From positions 26,102,001 to 26,166,000 of the forward strand of contig OX597819.1 in the NCBI GenBank assembly GCA_951406725.2: 64,000 nt of DNA. The letters are read 5' to 3'. The notes beneath the pieces were generated by a model that was given only the letters and a program-made list of their open reading frames with translations, was not told where the DNA came from and searched no databases. This document shows, piece after piece, positions 1-12,298 of this stretch. How positions within the stretch are numbered: position 1 is the first letter of the stretch; every line of letters starts with the position of its first letter. The DNA is from Octopus vulgaris (taxonomy: Eukaryota). Position numbers and translations under genes: made by a program.

Positions 1-46
1 ATATGTAGACCGGATTTTATGTATTCCATTCCATAACTTTTATATA

Positions 47-373
47 TCTTTTATATAAAACCCGTTCTGTCTGTGTGTGTGCCTTCTAGGATCTCGGGCA
101 TCCTCCATCCGATTGCGCTCAAATTTGATATGTAGATACCGACGGTATCAGGCCGTGTATAAGTCTTGAAAACATAAAAAAATCGATTCCAGGTGAGAAT
201 GGGATCGATAAAGACGGTGGAACGTGCATTTGTACGCGCAAGTACATGAGTCGAAATCCGTCTTTTGCTGGTATCTCAAATTTAGGTTAAATCAGTGTTT
301 CTCAAAGTTGTTTTGAGAAAATTTGGTTTGAATGTTTGACAAATCAGCAACGTCCATCGGACGGTTTCTCTAT
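47..373 (+). mobile_element. Non-autonomous Helitron-like element
   Basis: Starts A|TCTTTTATATAAAA followed by a CTGT/GT microsatellite. Ends with a GC hairpin (cgtcc-atc-ggacg, 351-363) a few bases before CTAT, a variant of the CTRR terminus. Same layout as the clearer copies at 11012 and 24361. Confidence 0.55.
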
Positions 374-383
374 ATATATATAT

Positions 384-481
384 TTCTTTACTACACAAGG
401 GGGAGTGCGAGTACTTAATTTATTTGCTCGAACTCGGAACGTAACGACAGACGAAATACGGCTACGAATTTCGCCCGGGTG

Positions 482-482
<1 letters not shown>
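384..482 (-). mobile_element. Internally deleted family C SINE
   Basis: Tail (atttctttactac) and head (gaacgtaacgacagacgaaatacggctacg...cgcccgg) both match full copies such as 31212-31444. Confidence 0.7.
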
Positions 483-529
<47 letters not shown>

Positions 530-542
530 GTAAAGTTTGCCA

Positions 543-581
<39 letters not shown>

Positions 582-595
582 ATAGTGTAAGTATG

Positions 596-635
<40 letters not shown>

Positions 636-654
636 CAAAATTTATATTCTATAT

Positions 655-698
<44 letters not shown>

Positions 699-752
699 GT
701 GTGTGGTGTGTGTGTGTGTGTGTTATATATATATATATATATATATATATAG
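483..752. repeat. Compound (TA)n/(TG)n microsatellite cluster
   Basis: Directly visible dinucleotide runs. Confidence 0.95.
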
Positions 753-1046
753 ATGAATATGGTACTTATTCAGATGAATAATTAAGTTTAAGCGAACAGA
801 ATTTTGTATGGCATTATCCATATAAATCAAATGGGGTGATTATAATCAAAATAAGCAACAGAGATATCCAAGTTCGAGTAGTACAATTGTTTCATGCTGC
901 ATCATTTTATTAAACACTGTAAGTATTACATCAGTTCTCAAATGTCGAGCAAACTTCAATCACATACAGAATTTTCCAATTAAACGAACAATGCACGGCG
1001 AGGTTAATTTCATTCTTTAGAAGATGATGGTAGTATGTTCATTCTC

Positions 1047-1090
1047 CCTAGAAGGCACATAAACAGCCAGAACGGGTTTTATATAAAAGA
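1047..1090 (-). mobile_element. Helitron 5' terminal fragment
   Basis: cctagaaggcac...cagaacgggttttatataaaaga is a close reverse complement of 47-90. Confidence 0.7.
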
Positions 1091-1235
1091 TATATAAGAA
1101 TGGAATGAACATACTACCATCATTTTCTTAAGAATGAAATTAACCTCTCTGTCTACATATATACTCTCTTTGTAATATTGGCAAATGAAATATGGATAAG
1201 AATGTGCATTGTCCGTTTAATTGGAAAATTCTGTA

Positions 1236-1323
1236 TGTGACTGAAGATTGCTCGACATTTTAAAATTGATGTAATACTTACTGTGTTTAATAAAATTTGG
1301 TAGCATGAAACAATTGTACTACC
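1236..1323 (+). ncRNA. Type I hammerhead ribozyme-like motif (degenerate stem I)
   Basis: CTGAAGA 1241-1247, stem II tgct/agca around a long loop, GAAA 1307-1310, palindromic stem III CAATTG, GTA triplet. Stem I pairing is poor. Confidence 0.5.
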
Positions 1324-1353
1324 CTACCTTCGCTATCCTTGTTGCTTATTTTG

Positions 1354-1384
<31 letters not shown>

Positions 1385-1509
1385 TCAGTCATTTGACTGG
1401 CATCATACTGGAGCACCACTTTGTTTGAAGAATTTATTCGAACAAATCGACCTCATTTGTGTTATTCTGAATCTGAAACTTACTCCATTGTATTCTTTTG
1501 AGAATCAAC

Positions 1510-1553
1510 GCACACACACACACACGCACACACGCACACACACACACACACAC

Positions 1554-1584
<31 letters not shown>

Positions 1585-1609
1585 TACCCATATATACATA
1601 CACATATAC

Positions 1610-1642
<33 letters not shown>

Positions 1643-1710
1643 CATGTACATATATAAATATACTTATACATATATATACATACAAAAACATATGCATATA
1701 CACACACATA
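1510..1710. repeat. (CA)n, (GATA)n and TA-rich microsatellites
   Basis: Visible tandem runs. Confidence 0.9.
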
Positions 1711-2077
1711 TTTTCCCTCTGCTACACTCTAAATTATAGTAGGCTTATTAAGATATACATTATTTTGCCACAGATATAACATAAGGAAAAGAAAGTTATT
1801 AGTTTGGTTTGATTTTATTTATGTAAATTTGTTTCAAATGATTTATCTTTTATGTTTGAAATCTATATGGTCATCTTTGTTGAAGAGAGAGGTTTATTTG
1901 AAATTGATGTAATGTTTTTATTGATCAATTACATGGAGCCGCTTGAAACGGCCGTAATGCATTGACAGCTGTACATCCTTGTTAGTTATTTACATTCTGT
2001 CAATCTAACTACGAGCTGTGCTGACAATACCGAATTGGCAAGGTGCTTCAATTTAAGTACCTAATCCAACTGAATCT

Positions 2078-2182
<105 letters not shown>

Positions 2183-3454
2183 TTACAGTGAAAGCGCACA
2201 ACCAGTCGTTGCATCAAGAAAAAGTAGAGGGAGGGTTTATTTGTGAAGTTAGATAATTATTTACTTTTGAGGGAACAATTATTGTTAATGTAGGCCACAG
2301 TGTCGTGGTGGTAGTCGATTAGACCATACCAGCACGTTATCTTATGAACGTAGGAAAAATGAAAAGCAAAGTTGACTTCGGTAGAATTTGAAGGGAGAAA
2401 ACATTCCACAGAATATTTTCCCTACGTCTGAAAATTCTTTCAAGCCAGTGCTTTTACGTTTGAAGTAATTATAGAATAGAAGTAAGGACATAAATTTAAA
2501 AAAAAAACCACCTCAATATTATCCTTGGGAATCTGTACCTTGCCTTTTAATAATGTGTTGCTGATTGAAATTTTGCTAAGATTAAGTTTAGCTTTTCTAA
2601 GCTATTTAATTGTTAAATATTGTCTGACATGTTAAGCAAAGGAATTTAAAGCTTAATTTTTGTGAAGACATTGATTTATGAGAAAAGCGAACAAAAAAGA
2701 TATAAATATATACAAGATACTGAAACTAATTATCATAGAAACGCTAATGTGGAAGATAAATCTTAGCGGAATTCTATTTAAATTATGATAAAATAAATAA
2801 AAAATAACTATTTCAGAGGTGAGTTGAGTGGCGAGAATGTCTATCCTTCTTAATCTTTACCGTATCAATATACTCAAAAGCTCAAGTATGCTCATGTTTT
2901 TCTAAGATTTACCTAATTCCATGCAAAGAGAATCACATTAACGCTTGAATGGCCGACACATGATGCACGTGTATGTACATGTGAAAATCATATAGTAAAA
3001 CAATAGTTATGTGTAAGGTGATTTTAATAATAAAATTTAGATCGCCACGCTTTCCTGCACACCGTAGAATTTCAAATAAAATTATACACTGTTGCAAATT
3101 TGCATGCTTATGACGTATTTCCAAAAAAACTTAATGAGAAAAATATTACAAAACTTATAAAGTTTGAAATATTAGCTAACAGTAGCCAAAGGAAACCGTG
3201 CAAATCCTATAATTGTACGAGAATGGATATTATAGACCATGAGGTGTGGGAAATATTGATTTATTGAAGACATTATGGTATCAAAGGTCTCCGAGCAAAA
3301 AACTAGGATCATCATGTACACTACCACAACATATAACGATTAACATTGGACCCCTACAGAACTGTCTACAGAGCCCGAGACGTAAGGCGCCACTGCTAGC
3401 AGTGAGGTTTAAGGAGTTAGTAAAGTGAATGAAGAAGAATGGGGTATATTCTTT

Positions 3455-3849
3455 TCTACTCTAGACACGAGGACCAAATATTTTGGGGAGTGGGGCCAGT
3501 CGATCAAATCAACCCTATTACCCAACTGGTACTTAATTTATCGCTCCCGAAGGGATGAAATGCAAAGTCGACCTCGGCGGAATTTGAACTCAGAACGTAA
3601 CGGCAGACGAAATGCCTATTTCTTTACTACCCACAAGTGGCTAAATATAGAGAGGACAAACAAGGACAGAGAAACGTATAAAGTCGATTACATCGACGCC
3701 AGTGCGTAACTAGTACTTATTTAATCGACCCCGAAAGAATGAAAGGTAAAGGCGATCTCGGCGGAATTTGAACTCAGAACGTAACGGCAGACGAAATACG
3801 CCTACGCATTTTACCCGGGGTGCTAACGTTTCTGCCAGCTCGCCGCCTT
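3455..3849 (-). mobile_element. Family C SINE composite: young monomer (3615-3849) joined to the 3' part of an older relative (3455-3614)
   Basis: Minus-strand head aaggcggcgagctggcagaaacgttagc. The central gtcgactttgcctttcatcc...gtcgat...aagtaccag-type block (resembles the Nin domain, from recall) occurs twice. Confidence 0.85.
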
Positions 3850-4599
3850 CACAGAATGAGGTATATTAAATGTCTTACTTTTTATTTGTCACGGAATAGT
3901 AAAGTTTTAAAAATTCGAGTTTCTAAATTTACACTTTGTCGAGAGATATACACGTACATCTCTCTATCATTCCCATTCTCTCTATATATATATTTCTCTC
4001 TGTACACACACATGCATATTCACATATGTGTGTGTGAGAGAGAGGGTGTGTGTGTGTGTGCATTAGGCACATTAGACCTGGCGGAGACCACCTTAATCTA
4101 TCTCTGACTACTGTAGATATCATCTAGTACGAAAGAGTTGAATGGAAGAAAAGACTAAGAAAATTCAAAGAATCACCTGCAGTACTACTATTCTAGTACA
4201 TGATTTTAAATCACCACCCAGGGAGTAAACGTTCACCACAAGTCTGTGTATAGTTTCCTCTACCTACCTATCCACACACACAGATGCACACGCATACACA
4301 CACACACACACACTCATACATACATATACACAATTGAGTTAATCTCTAAGAATGTATATATGTGTGTGTCTGTGTCTGCATGTACGAGTGTGCTCGTTTG
4401 TTTGTATATGCGTGCGTAAGTTTGCCTGAGTATATGTGTGTGTGTGTATGTTACTAATGTAGGTTAACGCATATCTTGATGCTAGTCTAATGGCCTTGCG
4501 GCCAACACCGGAAAGAGAACCTTATGGGAGCATAAATACAGTAATCCAGAATAACTGAATTTGCAAATTCCTATTTTGTAACAAAAGATATATATTCAT

Positions 4600-4739
4600 G
4601 CCGGCATGGCTGTTTGATTAGAAGTTTTCTTCCCAGACATATTGTACCGGCTCAGTCCCACAGAGAGACAACTTGAAGAGGTGTTTTCTACGATAGCTTC
4701 AGGACGATCAAACATTTGTGAGTGGATTTGGTAGACGTG

Positions 4740-4786
<47 letters not shown>

Positions 4787-5219
4787 CGCATGAGTGGCTG
4801 TGTGGTAAGTGAGCTTGCTTACCAACCACATGGTTCCGGGTTCAATCCCACTGCGTGACATCTTGGGCAAGTGTCTTCTTCCATAGCCCCGGGCCGACCA
4901 ATGCCTTGTGAGTGGATTTGGTAGACGGAAACTGAAAGAAGCCTGTCGTATATATGTATATATATATATATATGTATATACATATATATATATGTATGTG
5001 TGTGTATATATTTGTGTATCTGTTTGTCCCCCTAGCATTGCTTGACAACTGATGCTGGTGTATTTACGTCCCCGTCACTTAGCAGTTCGACAAAAGAGAC
5101 CGATAGAATAAGTAATGGGCTTACAAAAGAGTAAGTCCCGGGGTCGAGTTGCTCGACAAAAGACGGTGCTCCAGCATGGCCGCAGTCAAATGACTGAAAC
5201 AAGTAAAAGAGTAAAAGAG

Positions 5220-5252
<33 letters not shown>

Positions 5253-5490
5253 GTGCGTGTGTGTGTGTGAATGCATGTATATATGTATATGTGTGTGTAC
5301 GCGTGTCTATGTGTCTTTGCGTCTATGTTTGTCCTCACTACAGCTTCACAACCGGTATTGGCTAGGAGTTTGGCAAAAGAGAACGATGCAATAATAACAA
5401 AACTTAAAAGTATAAGTATTAGGGTAAAAGATATTTAGCGGTTGTGCCCCACCATGGTCGCAATCTAATGGCTGTAAGATAAAAGATGAA
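4600..5490 (+). mobile_element. Old family A-like SINE (head 4600-4740, tail about 5310-5490) interrupted by a younger family A copy
   Basis: Degenerate head and tail flank the insert and are colinear with the family A sequence. Confidence 0.65.
4786..5220 (+). mobile_element. Family A tRNA-derived SINE, full length, with internal TA/TG microsatellite
   Basis: A box-like tggctgtgtggtaag, B box-like ggttcaatccc, cttgggcaagtgtctt block, tail of gtaaaaga repeats. Many copies in the window. Confidence 0.9.
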
Positions 5491-5513
5491 GTTTATCTTA
5501 TTATATCTTATGT

Positions 5514-5690
5514 AAGGCGTCGAGCTGGGAGAATCATTAACACACCGGGAAAAATGCTTACCGGCATTTCGTCCGCCTTTAGCTTCTCAGTACAAACCCT
5601 GCCGAAGTCGCCTTTCGCTTTCATTCCTTGGGGGTCGATAAAATGAGTAACAGTTGAGCATTGCTGGCCTTCTGCCAAAATTTGAAACCG
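5514..5690 (+). mobile_element. Family C SINE, older subfamily
   Basis: aaggcgtcgagctgggagaatcattaacac head and diverged central block. Confidence 0.75.
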
Positions 5691-5861
5691 ATATTATGTG
5701 CTATGAAATACTATTTTTGACTTAGAACAGGACTCTGATATGAAGTGGTTTATTATCATAACAAACACCGAAGTAACGACCTAGTATTTAATGAACGAAT
5801 GATGCACATATATGAAGATGGTATATTACAATTTACGTTATACCATTCTATATTTAAATGT

Positions 5862-6156
5862 GGAGGCGCAATGGCCCAGTGGTTAGGACAGCGGACTCGC
5901 GGTCGTAGGATCACGGTTTCGATTCCCTGACCGGGCGTTGTGAGTGTTTATTGAGCGAAAACACCTAAAGCTCCACAAGGCTAAGGCAGGAGGTGGTGGC
6001 GAGCCCTGCTGTACTCTTTCTCTCACTGTTTCTTCTGTTGGCCTGCTCGCTTAGCCAGCGGGGTGGTGTCATTTGCAGGCTAAAACAATGCGAAGCGCAT
6101 TGTGACCAGCAATGTGTAGCAACATCTGATAGCATGGTCAGTCACGGGATAACGTG
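5862..6156 (+). mobile_element. Family B tRNA-derived SINE with 12-bp TSD
   Basis: Head ggaggcgcaatggcccagtggttagg...ggtttcgattccc. Direct repeat atatttaaatgt at 5850-5861 and 6157-6168. Confidence 0.9.
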
Positions 6157-6371
6157 ATATTTAAATGTAAATAAGCCCTTAAATTTTATCAATAAGTGCC
6201 CTCTTCTACATTCATGATATGAACAGCTAATTGATAATGTTGTGATTGGTGACATGCTTTTATGAACCAAACAAAATTGATCTGTTCTATATAAAATATT
6301 TGTTTAATATAATACATGTGTATGTATGTCCATGTGTATATAATTTCGTGCCTGTATTAATGTGTGTGTGT

Positions 6372-6612
6372 TGTTTGTTCCTTCTCGAGCCATGCTTGGC
6401 TCATAAAGCCTGGTTTCCCGGTTTCTTGGCGTATAGGTTCCCCACCTGGAAGGGACGCCGGTCCGTCGCAGGTGAGCTGCAAGATGCAAGAGGAAAGAGT
6501 GAGAGAAAGTTGTGGCTTAGATGTTTCGCTCATAAACACACACATCGTCCAGTCTGAGATTCGAACCCTCGATTGCGATTCCGCTGCTCTTACCACTAAG
6601 CCATGTGCCTCC
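6372..6612 (-). mobile_element. Family B-related SINE with an alternative 3' tail
   Basis: Minus-strand head gaggaggcacatggcttagtggtaag...ggttcgaatct and the shared block gccacaactttctctcactctt, followed by a tail unlike other B copies. Confidence 0.75.
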
Positions 6613-8851
6613 TCTGTGTGTGTGTGTGTGTGTATGTGCGTGCGTGTGTGTGTAACATTGAAATGTATGGAGCATGTGAGTGACGAGTGCTCAAAGCATT
6701 TTTGAGATTGTGTGGCTTATTGAAACTGAATTTAGGAAGTATGGCATTATTACAGCACGAGGCATTGTGCCGGGAATACATCACAGCCTTGATAGTATAT
6801 TTATATTAGTTGATGTGGGTGTGGTCTAATATGTGTTCGTTCCTTGGTTTGCTTTTGCGAATTGGTCTTCGTATTTTATGATGTAGGTTTTTTTCATTGC
6901 CTTAATCAGTAGATTAATGTATTTTTCAAGTTAAGACAGTATTTATGTATTTTTCAAGTTAAGAAGTTATTTTCATATGGGAATATAGTGATGATATAGT
7001 ATTTGCATTTTATCATGCGATATTTTAAGTTGATCGACAGAACGTTTAACTATGAATCTAATTAAGACGGTTTAAGATGATTTATGTTTGGATGATGTGA
7101 GAGCAGATCTTAAAAAGTGTTGGCGCTTATTTCAATAGGAGCGTGTACTATGTTCTATATATACATGCATTCACACACACACACACACACACATACTGGC
7201 ACTGAAAACACTTTGTGGGCCACAGTCTTGTTGAACGCAGAGAGTTTTGAGGTCTGAATTTTCTTTATTCGACAATAATATTCTTTAGTGACACGTGTTT
7301 TGTTACAGGTGCTGACGTAAGATATGTATATATGTATGTAATCAACGAGCTATCAAGCTTATTCTGAATGGAACATTTAAAATATCTTTATGATATTCTT
7401 TCACTAAATGCTCATCAATTCTTTATGCACTGATATTAAATGGTACATATAGAAGATATGCCTTTATTCCATACTGATTTTGAAAACTTTTGGAAGATGT
7501 TCTATCAAGACTTGGCTTTCTATATTTTATTATAATTTGCATAAAGAGTAAATCTAAACATTAATGATAATCTTATCTCCATAATAATTAGTGAACACAT
7601 GGTGCAATTTTATATCTTTAACCTTAAACGTTTCCTTTAAGTTTCCTGAAATTTGCCGGATTTAAATCATTGTTAATTAAACCGTTTCTCTCTTTCCCTT
7701 CATTTTGATATTCTCCTGCTGTGACAGTGTTCATTAAGTACGCCATTGATTTTCCCAATATATCTAATGAACTTTATCACACTCAGTTCTCTGAACAATC
7801 GGGAGCATTTGATTATAGCCAAGTTTAGGCTACACATCCCTTATTTGCCTTCAGTCAAATATTATATTAAGTGAAGTTAATTTGATAATGCTTTGCCAAT
7901 TAACTTGAATTACTACAGTTGCATCATTAACGACTAGCTGATATACACAGCTCCTAAAATACTTTCTAAGTGATTATATGTTATGCGTATCTTGATATAT
8001 TCTATATCATTCTATGAACTTGGGAATAATGAATTGTTATAAACACTGTGTTGCCTCATTAAATATATGAATGTATTTAGACATACGTCATTTCGAATTC
8101 TAAAATATAACTGATTCTGTTCCGTGTTTCCAACAACCCATAAAGTGTGGGCATCCTTCACGATACCCTGTTTTTTTAGTTTCCGTCGGTAGTTGCGTTC
8201 TTTGGCGATTACACATACACATATGCGTGTGAATATCTTTCCTCTTTTACTTGTTTTAGTCATATAACTGCGGCCATGCTGGGGCAACGTCCTGAAAATG
8301 TTTTACCACACAGCCACATACATACACACACATGCATACACAGACATGTATAATCGGCCAAATGATTCGCATTCAGTAGTTTATGGAACGGACGTAAAGT
8401 TAGAAGTGAATAGTAAAATGCACAGTATGTTTAAAGGAATCAAAGAAAAGGTAGTTTGTCGCGAGGACTCATTCAGATCGAGTTCATTACTATAAGGGAG
8501 ATATCATTAAGAAAATAACTGTAATAATTTATTAAAACAAAGTGATTAAGAGATACATATATGTTTATGAGAATATTGGTTTAAATCTTATAAAAGCGAA
8601 ACATTATATTTTTTGAATAAATACAAAAATCTTTAAAGTTCACAAAAATACTCTTTAATAAAAAATATTTAATTTCTAATCGCATAACTTATTTAACTCA
8701 GTCATATCTATACTCCTTATCGATCTTTACTTCCATATGGCCTGAGTGTAAAATACCTTGTGTGCTTCACGAGGCGATGCTGAAAGGTCCTTGGCTTTGA
8801 GTAAAAGAATATACAGGAGGACCAGTTATGATTTTATTCAACATATTCATA

Positions 8852-9013
8852 GGCGCAGGAGTGGCTGTCTGGTAAGTAGCTTGCTAACCAACCACATGGT
8901 TCCGGGTTCAGTCCCACTGCGTGGCATCTTGGGCAAGTGTCTTCTGCTATAGCTTCGGGCCGACCAAAGCCTTGTGAGTGGATTTGGTAGACGGAAACTG
9001 AAAGAAGCCTGTC

Positions 9014-9073
<60 letters not shown>

Positions 9074-9302
9074 GTGTGTGTGTTTGTGTGTCTGTGTTTG
9101 TCCCCCCCGCATTGCTTGACAACCGATGCTGGTGTGTTTACATCCCCGTTACTTAGCGGTTCGGCAAAAGAGAGACCGATAGAATAAGTACTGGTCTTAC
9201 AAAGAATAAGTCCCGGGGTCGATTTGCTCGACTAAAGGCGGTGCTCCAGCATGGCCGCGGTCAAATGACTGAAACAAGTAAAAGAGTAAGAAAAGTAAGA
9301 GT
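8852..9302 (+). mobile_element. Family A SINE, full length
   Basis: Colinear with 4786-5220. Confidence 0.9.
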
Positions 9303-9464
9303 ATTCCCTTCTCAGATTCACACACTGCAATGGCCCTTCAGTATTTCTAAGCCCTGTAAAAAAAACTCGGAATGTTCGGCCCCCTACTAGGCCCTTCGCG
9401 ACACCTTTAAAGCCAGAAACTTTTCATCATTCCCTCTCACACATTTCTTACTTTCATTGGTATA

Positions 9465-9792
9465 AAAAAAAAGACTCCGCCGGTTACGACGACGAGGGTC
9501 CCAGCTGATACGATCAACGGAACAGCTTGCTCGTGAAAGTAACGTGCAAATGGCTGAGCACTCCACAGACACGTGTACCCTTAACGTAGTTCTCGGGGAT
9601 AATCAGCGTGACACAGAGAGTGACAAGGCTGACCCTTTGAAATACAAGTACAACTCATTTTTGCCAGCTGAGTGGACTGGAGCAACGTGAAATAAAGTGT
9701 CTTGCTCAAGGACACAACGCGTCGCCGGGAATCGAACTCACAACCTTACGATCATGAGCCGAATGCCCTAACCACTAAGCCACGCGCCCTCA
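9465..9792 (-). mobile_element. Family D tRNA-derived SINE with 18-bp TSD
   Basis: Minus-strand head gagggcgcgtggcttagtggttagg...gagttcgattcc, then tgtgtccttgagcaagacactt (CORE/Meta-like block, from recall). Direct repeat cttactttcattggtata at 9447-9464 and 9793-9810. Confidence 0.9.
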
Positions 9793-10074
9793 CTTACTTT
9801 CATTGGTATAGGACGTGGGAAGAGTAGCTGTGTCATACAATCAATTCAAAAATTTATCGTTACACTTCATGTGTGTAAATTTCTTACCTTTTGTTGCCTT
9901 TGATTAGCGCCAGCTAATATTATATTCATGTCATAATGCAAGCTAACAATTTTTTCTTTTTTAAATATCAAGGACAGAAATATATAGGTCATTAATAGCT
10001 ACTGTCTTAAAGGATAAACCAGAATTTCAAAAAACGTTGATAAACAGAAAAAATATTTAATTAACTTTCTTTTT

Positions 10075-10272
10075 TTACTTGTTTCAGTCATTTGACTGTG
10101 GTCATGGTGGAGCACCGCCTTTAGTCGAGCAACTTGACCGCAGGACTTACTCTTTGTAAGCCTAGTACTTATTCTATCGGTCTCTATTGCCGAACCGCTA
10201 AGTTACGTGGACATAAAAAACACCAGCATCGGTTGTCAAGCGATGTTGAGGGGACAAACACAGACACAAACG

Positions 10273-10317
<45 letters not shown>

Positions 10318-10344
10318 ACACATACACACACACACACACACATA

Positions 10345-10402
<58 letters not shown>

Positions 10403-10518
10403 TAAATATATATATATATATACGCCGGGCGTCTTTCAGTTTCCGTCTAGCAAATCCACGCACAAGATTTTTGGTCAGTCCGAGGCTATAGTAGAAGACA
10501 CTTGCCCAAGGTGCCACT
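10075..10518 (-). mobile_element. Family A SINE, 5' truncated
   Basis: Reverse complement of the family A body and tail, with an expanded internal microsatellite. Confidence 0.85.
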
Positions 10519-11011
10519 GTTGATAATATATTTTCATATAAACCCAATCACTTGCAAAATACACAAAAGTTGCCCAGAGGAATGCTGTTAGGGAAAAACA
10601 ATTAAAAGAAAAATGTTGCTTTTGTTTTCTGGTTTTAACGAAAATTTAGAATTCATTTTGTGAACACATTTCTGTGAACACATGCATAAGCATAAATGTG
10701 TATAGGAATGTGCGAACGCCTGAGTAAAAATTTTAGGCAATATATTGGGTGCATGCCTGTATATACAAAACACTTTTCTGCATAACCGTGTAATACAAAG
10801 CAGATTTTCATTCTAGTCAAAATACATTTAATTTTGTGATATGGTAACTGTACAACCGTTATTAATGCTATGTTCTAAAATGAGCTTCTAGAATTTAATT
10901 GTATGTTGTCCAGTAGAATTTCATCAAAAATAACGAATGTTTGCTTAATATTATCAAAGATAGTGCTTTTGTGTTATTGTTAGGAGCCAAATTGTCATTT
11001 TTATTAGATAA

Positions 11012-11401
11012 CTAGCAGTATCGCCCGGCGTTGCTCGGGTTTGTAAGAGAAATAACTATATAAGCATTTTTAGAGAGTTATAGCCAAAAAATAGCAAAAA
11101 AATGCATTAAAAATGGAAAAAAAATGATGGTAAATTTTTTTTTAAATCGTTGACTCATCGTAGACATTTTTAGAGAGTTACTTCCCTTAGCGAAAAAATG
11201 CATTAAAATGGAAAAAATGATGGTAAATTATTTTTAAAATCGTAGACTCATCGTAGACGCACGCTAATACCCAGAAGGGCTTGATATGAATCCCGACTAT
11301 AAGATACCTGCTTTTGGTTACACTGCACCCCAAAATGTGGGAGTAGTTAGGAATCTAAATCGTAGGAGACAGACACACAACTTCACTTTTATATATAAAG
11401 A
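11012..11401 (-). mobile_element. Non-autonomous Helitron
   Basis: Minus strand: 5' TCTTTATATATAAAAG, 3' hairpin cccgagcaacgccggg then CTAG. Inserted between A and T with no TSD. Second copy at 24361-24744. Confidence 0.85.
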
Positions 11402-11690
11402 TGATTTCAGTGAGTCTGTTTATGGAGGCAGTGCAAGATTGGCGCTAGCAATTCATAAGCGGGAACAGTTACAGAGTAACGAAGTTTTTTTTTTCTATAA
11501 GAAGTAAATATTAGTAACATTGACACCAAAGAGATCGTTAGTGTTCATGAGAAACATCGTGGGGGCACATAACCGAACCTTGGATCATTTACTGTAATTC
11601 AGCACTACGCAGGCAAGATGTAATACGTAGATTCTGAGAAAATGATGAAGTCTATATGCGGAGACTTATCTTCAATATTCCTGTTGTCAT

Positions 11691-12057
11691 AGGCGGCGAG
11701 CTGGCAGAAACGTTAGCACGCCGGGCGAAATGCGCAGCCGTATTTCGTCTGCCGTTACGTTCTGTGTTCAAATTCCGCCGAGGTCGACTTTGCCTTTCAT
11801 CCTTCGGGGTCGATTAAATAAATACCAGTTACGCACTGGGGGCAATATAATTGACTTAATCCGTTTGTCTGTCCTTGTTTGTCTTCTCTGCATTTAGCCC
11901 CTTGTGGGTAGTAAAGAAATAAATATTTCGTCTGACTTTACATTCTGTGTTCAAATTCCACCGAGGTCGATTTTGGCTTTCATCATTTTGGAGTCGATAA
12001 ATTAAGTACCAGTTGCGAGTTGCGGTCAATCTAATTGACTGGCCCTCTTCCCCAAAA
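11691..12057 (+). mobile_element. Family C SINE composite (young monomer plus older 3' part)
   Basis: Monomer ends gtagtaaagaaata at about 11921 and is followed directly by tatttcgtc and a second, diverged central block. Confidence 0.85.
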
Positions 12058-12298
12058 CTCCCTTCTTGATGTTTCATTTGATTTATATATTTGCAGCTTT
12101 CCACCCATCTGACCAAACAATTATCATTTTCCGATTCCACGCGTATGTATTTGTATTATTGTTTCGTGGATGAATTTGCCTACGCCTTCTATTATCTGTC
12201 CTATGTCTTGATTTCATTTTTCGTGTGAGAGAAATTAGGGATTGTAATGGATACACTGAATATCCCCGCTCCCGGGTATTACCGGGTATCTCAGCTAG
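12058..12298 (+). mobile_element. Helitron 3' fragment
   Basis: Hairpin cccgggtattaccggg followed by CTAG (12295-12298) and T. Homologous to the reverse complement of 17255-17485. Confidence 0.75.

Larger units (their letters stand above)
845..1355. mobile_element. Fold-back element with hammerhead-like motifs in the arms (Penelope-like terminal repeat derived)
   Basis: Arm 845-1044 is an imperfect reverse complement of 1103-1355, and the right arm has an insertion of about 55 bp. The loop holds a Helitron 5' fragment. Confidence 0.7.

Noticed and set aside
5862-5935. tRNA-like sequences with A and B boxes at many sites
   Set aside because: They are SINE heads followed by SINE bodies; no complete cloverleaf with an acceptor stem.
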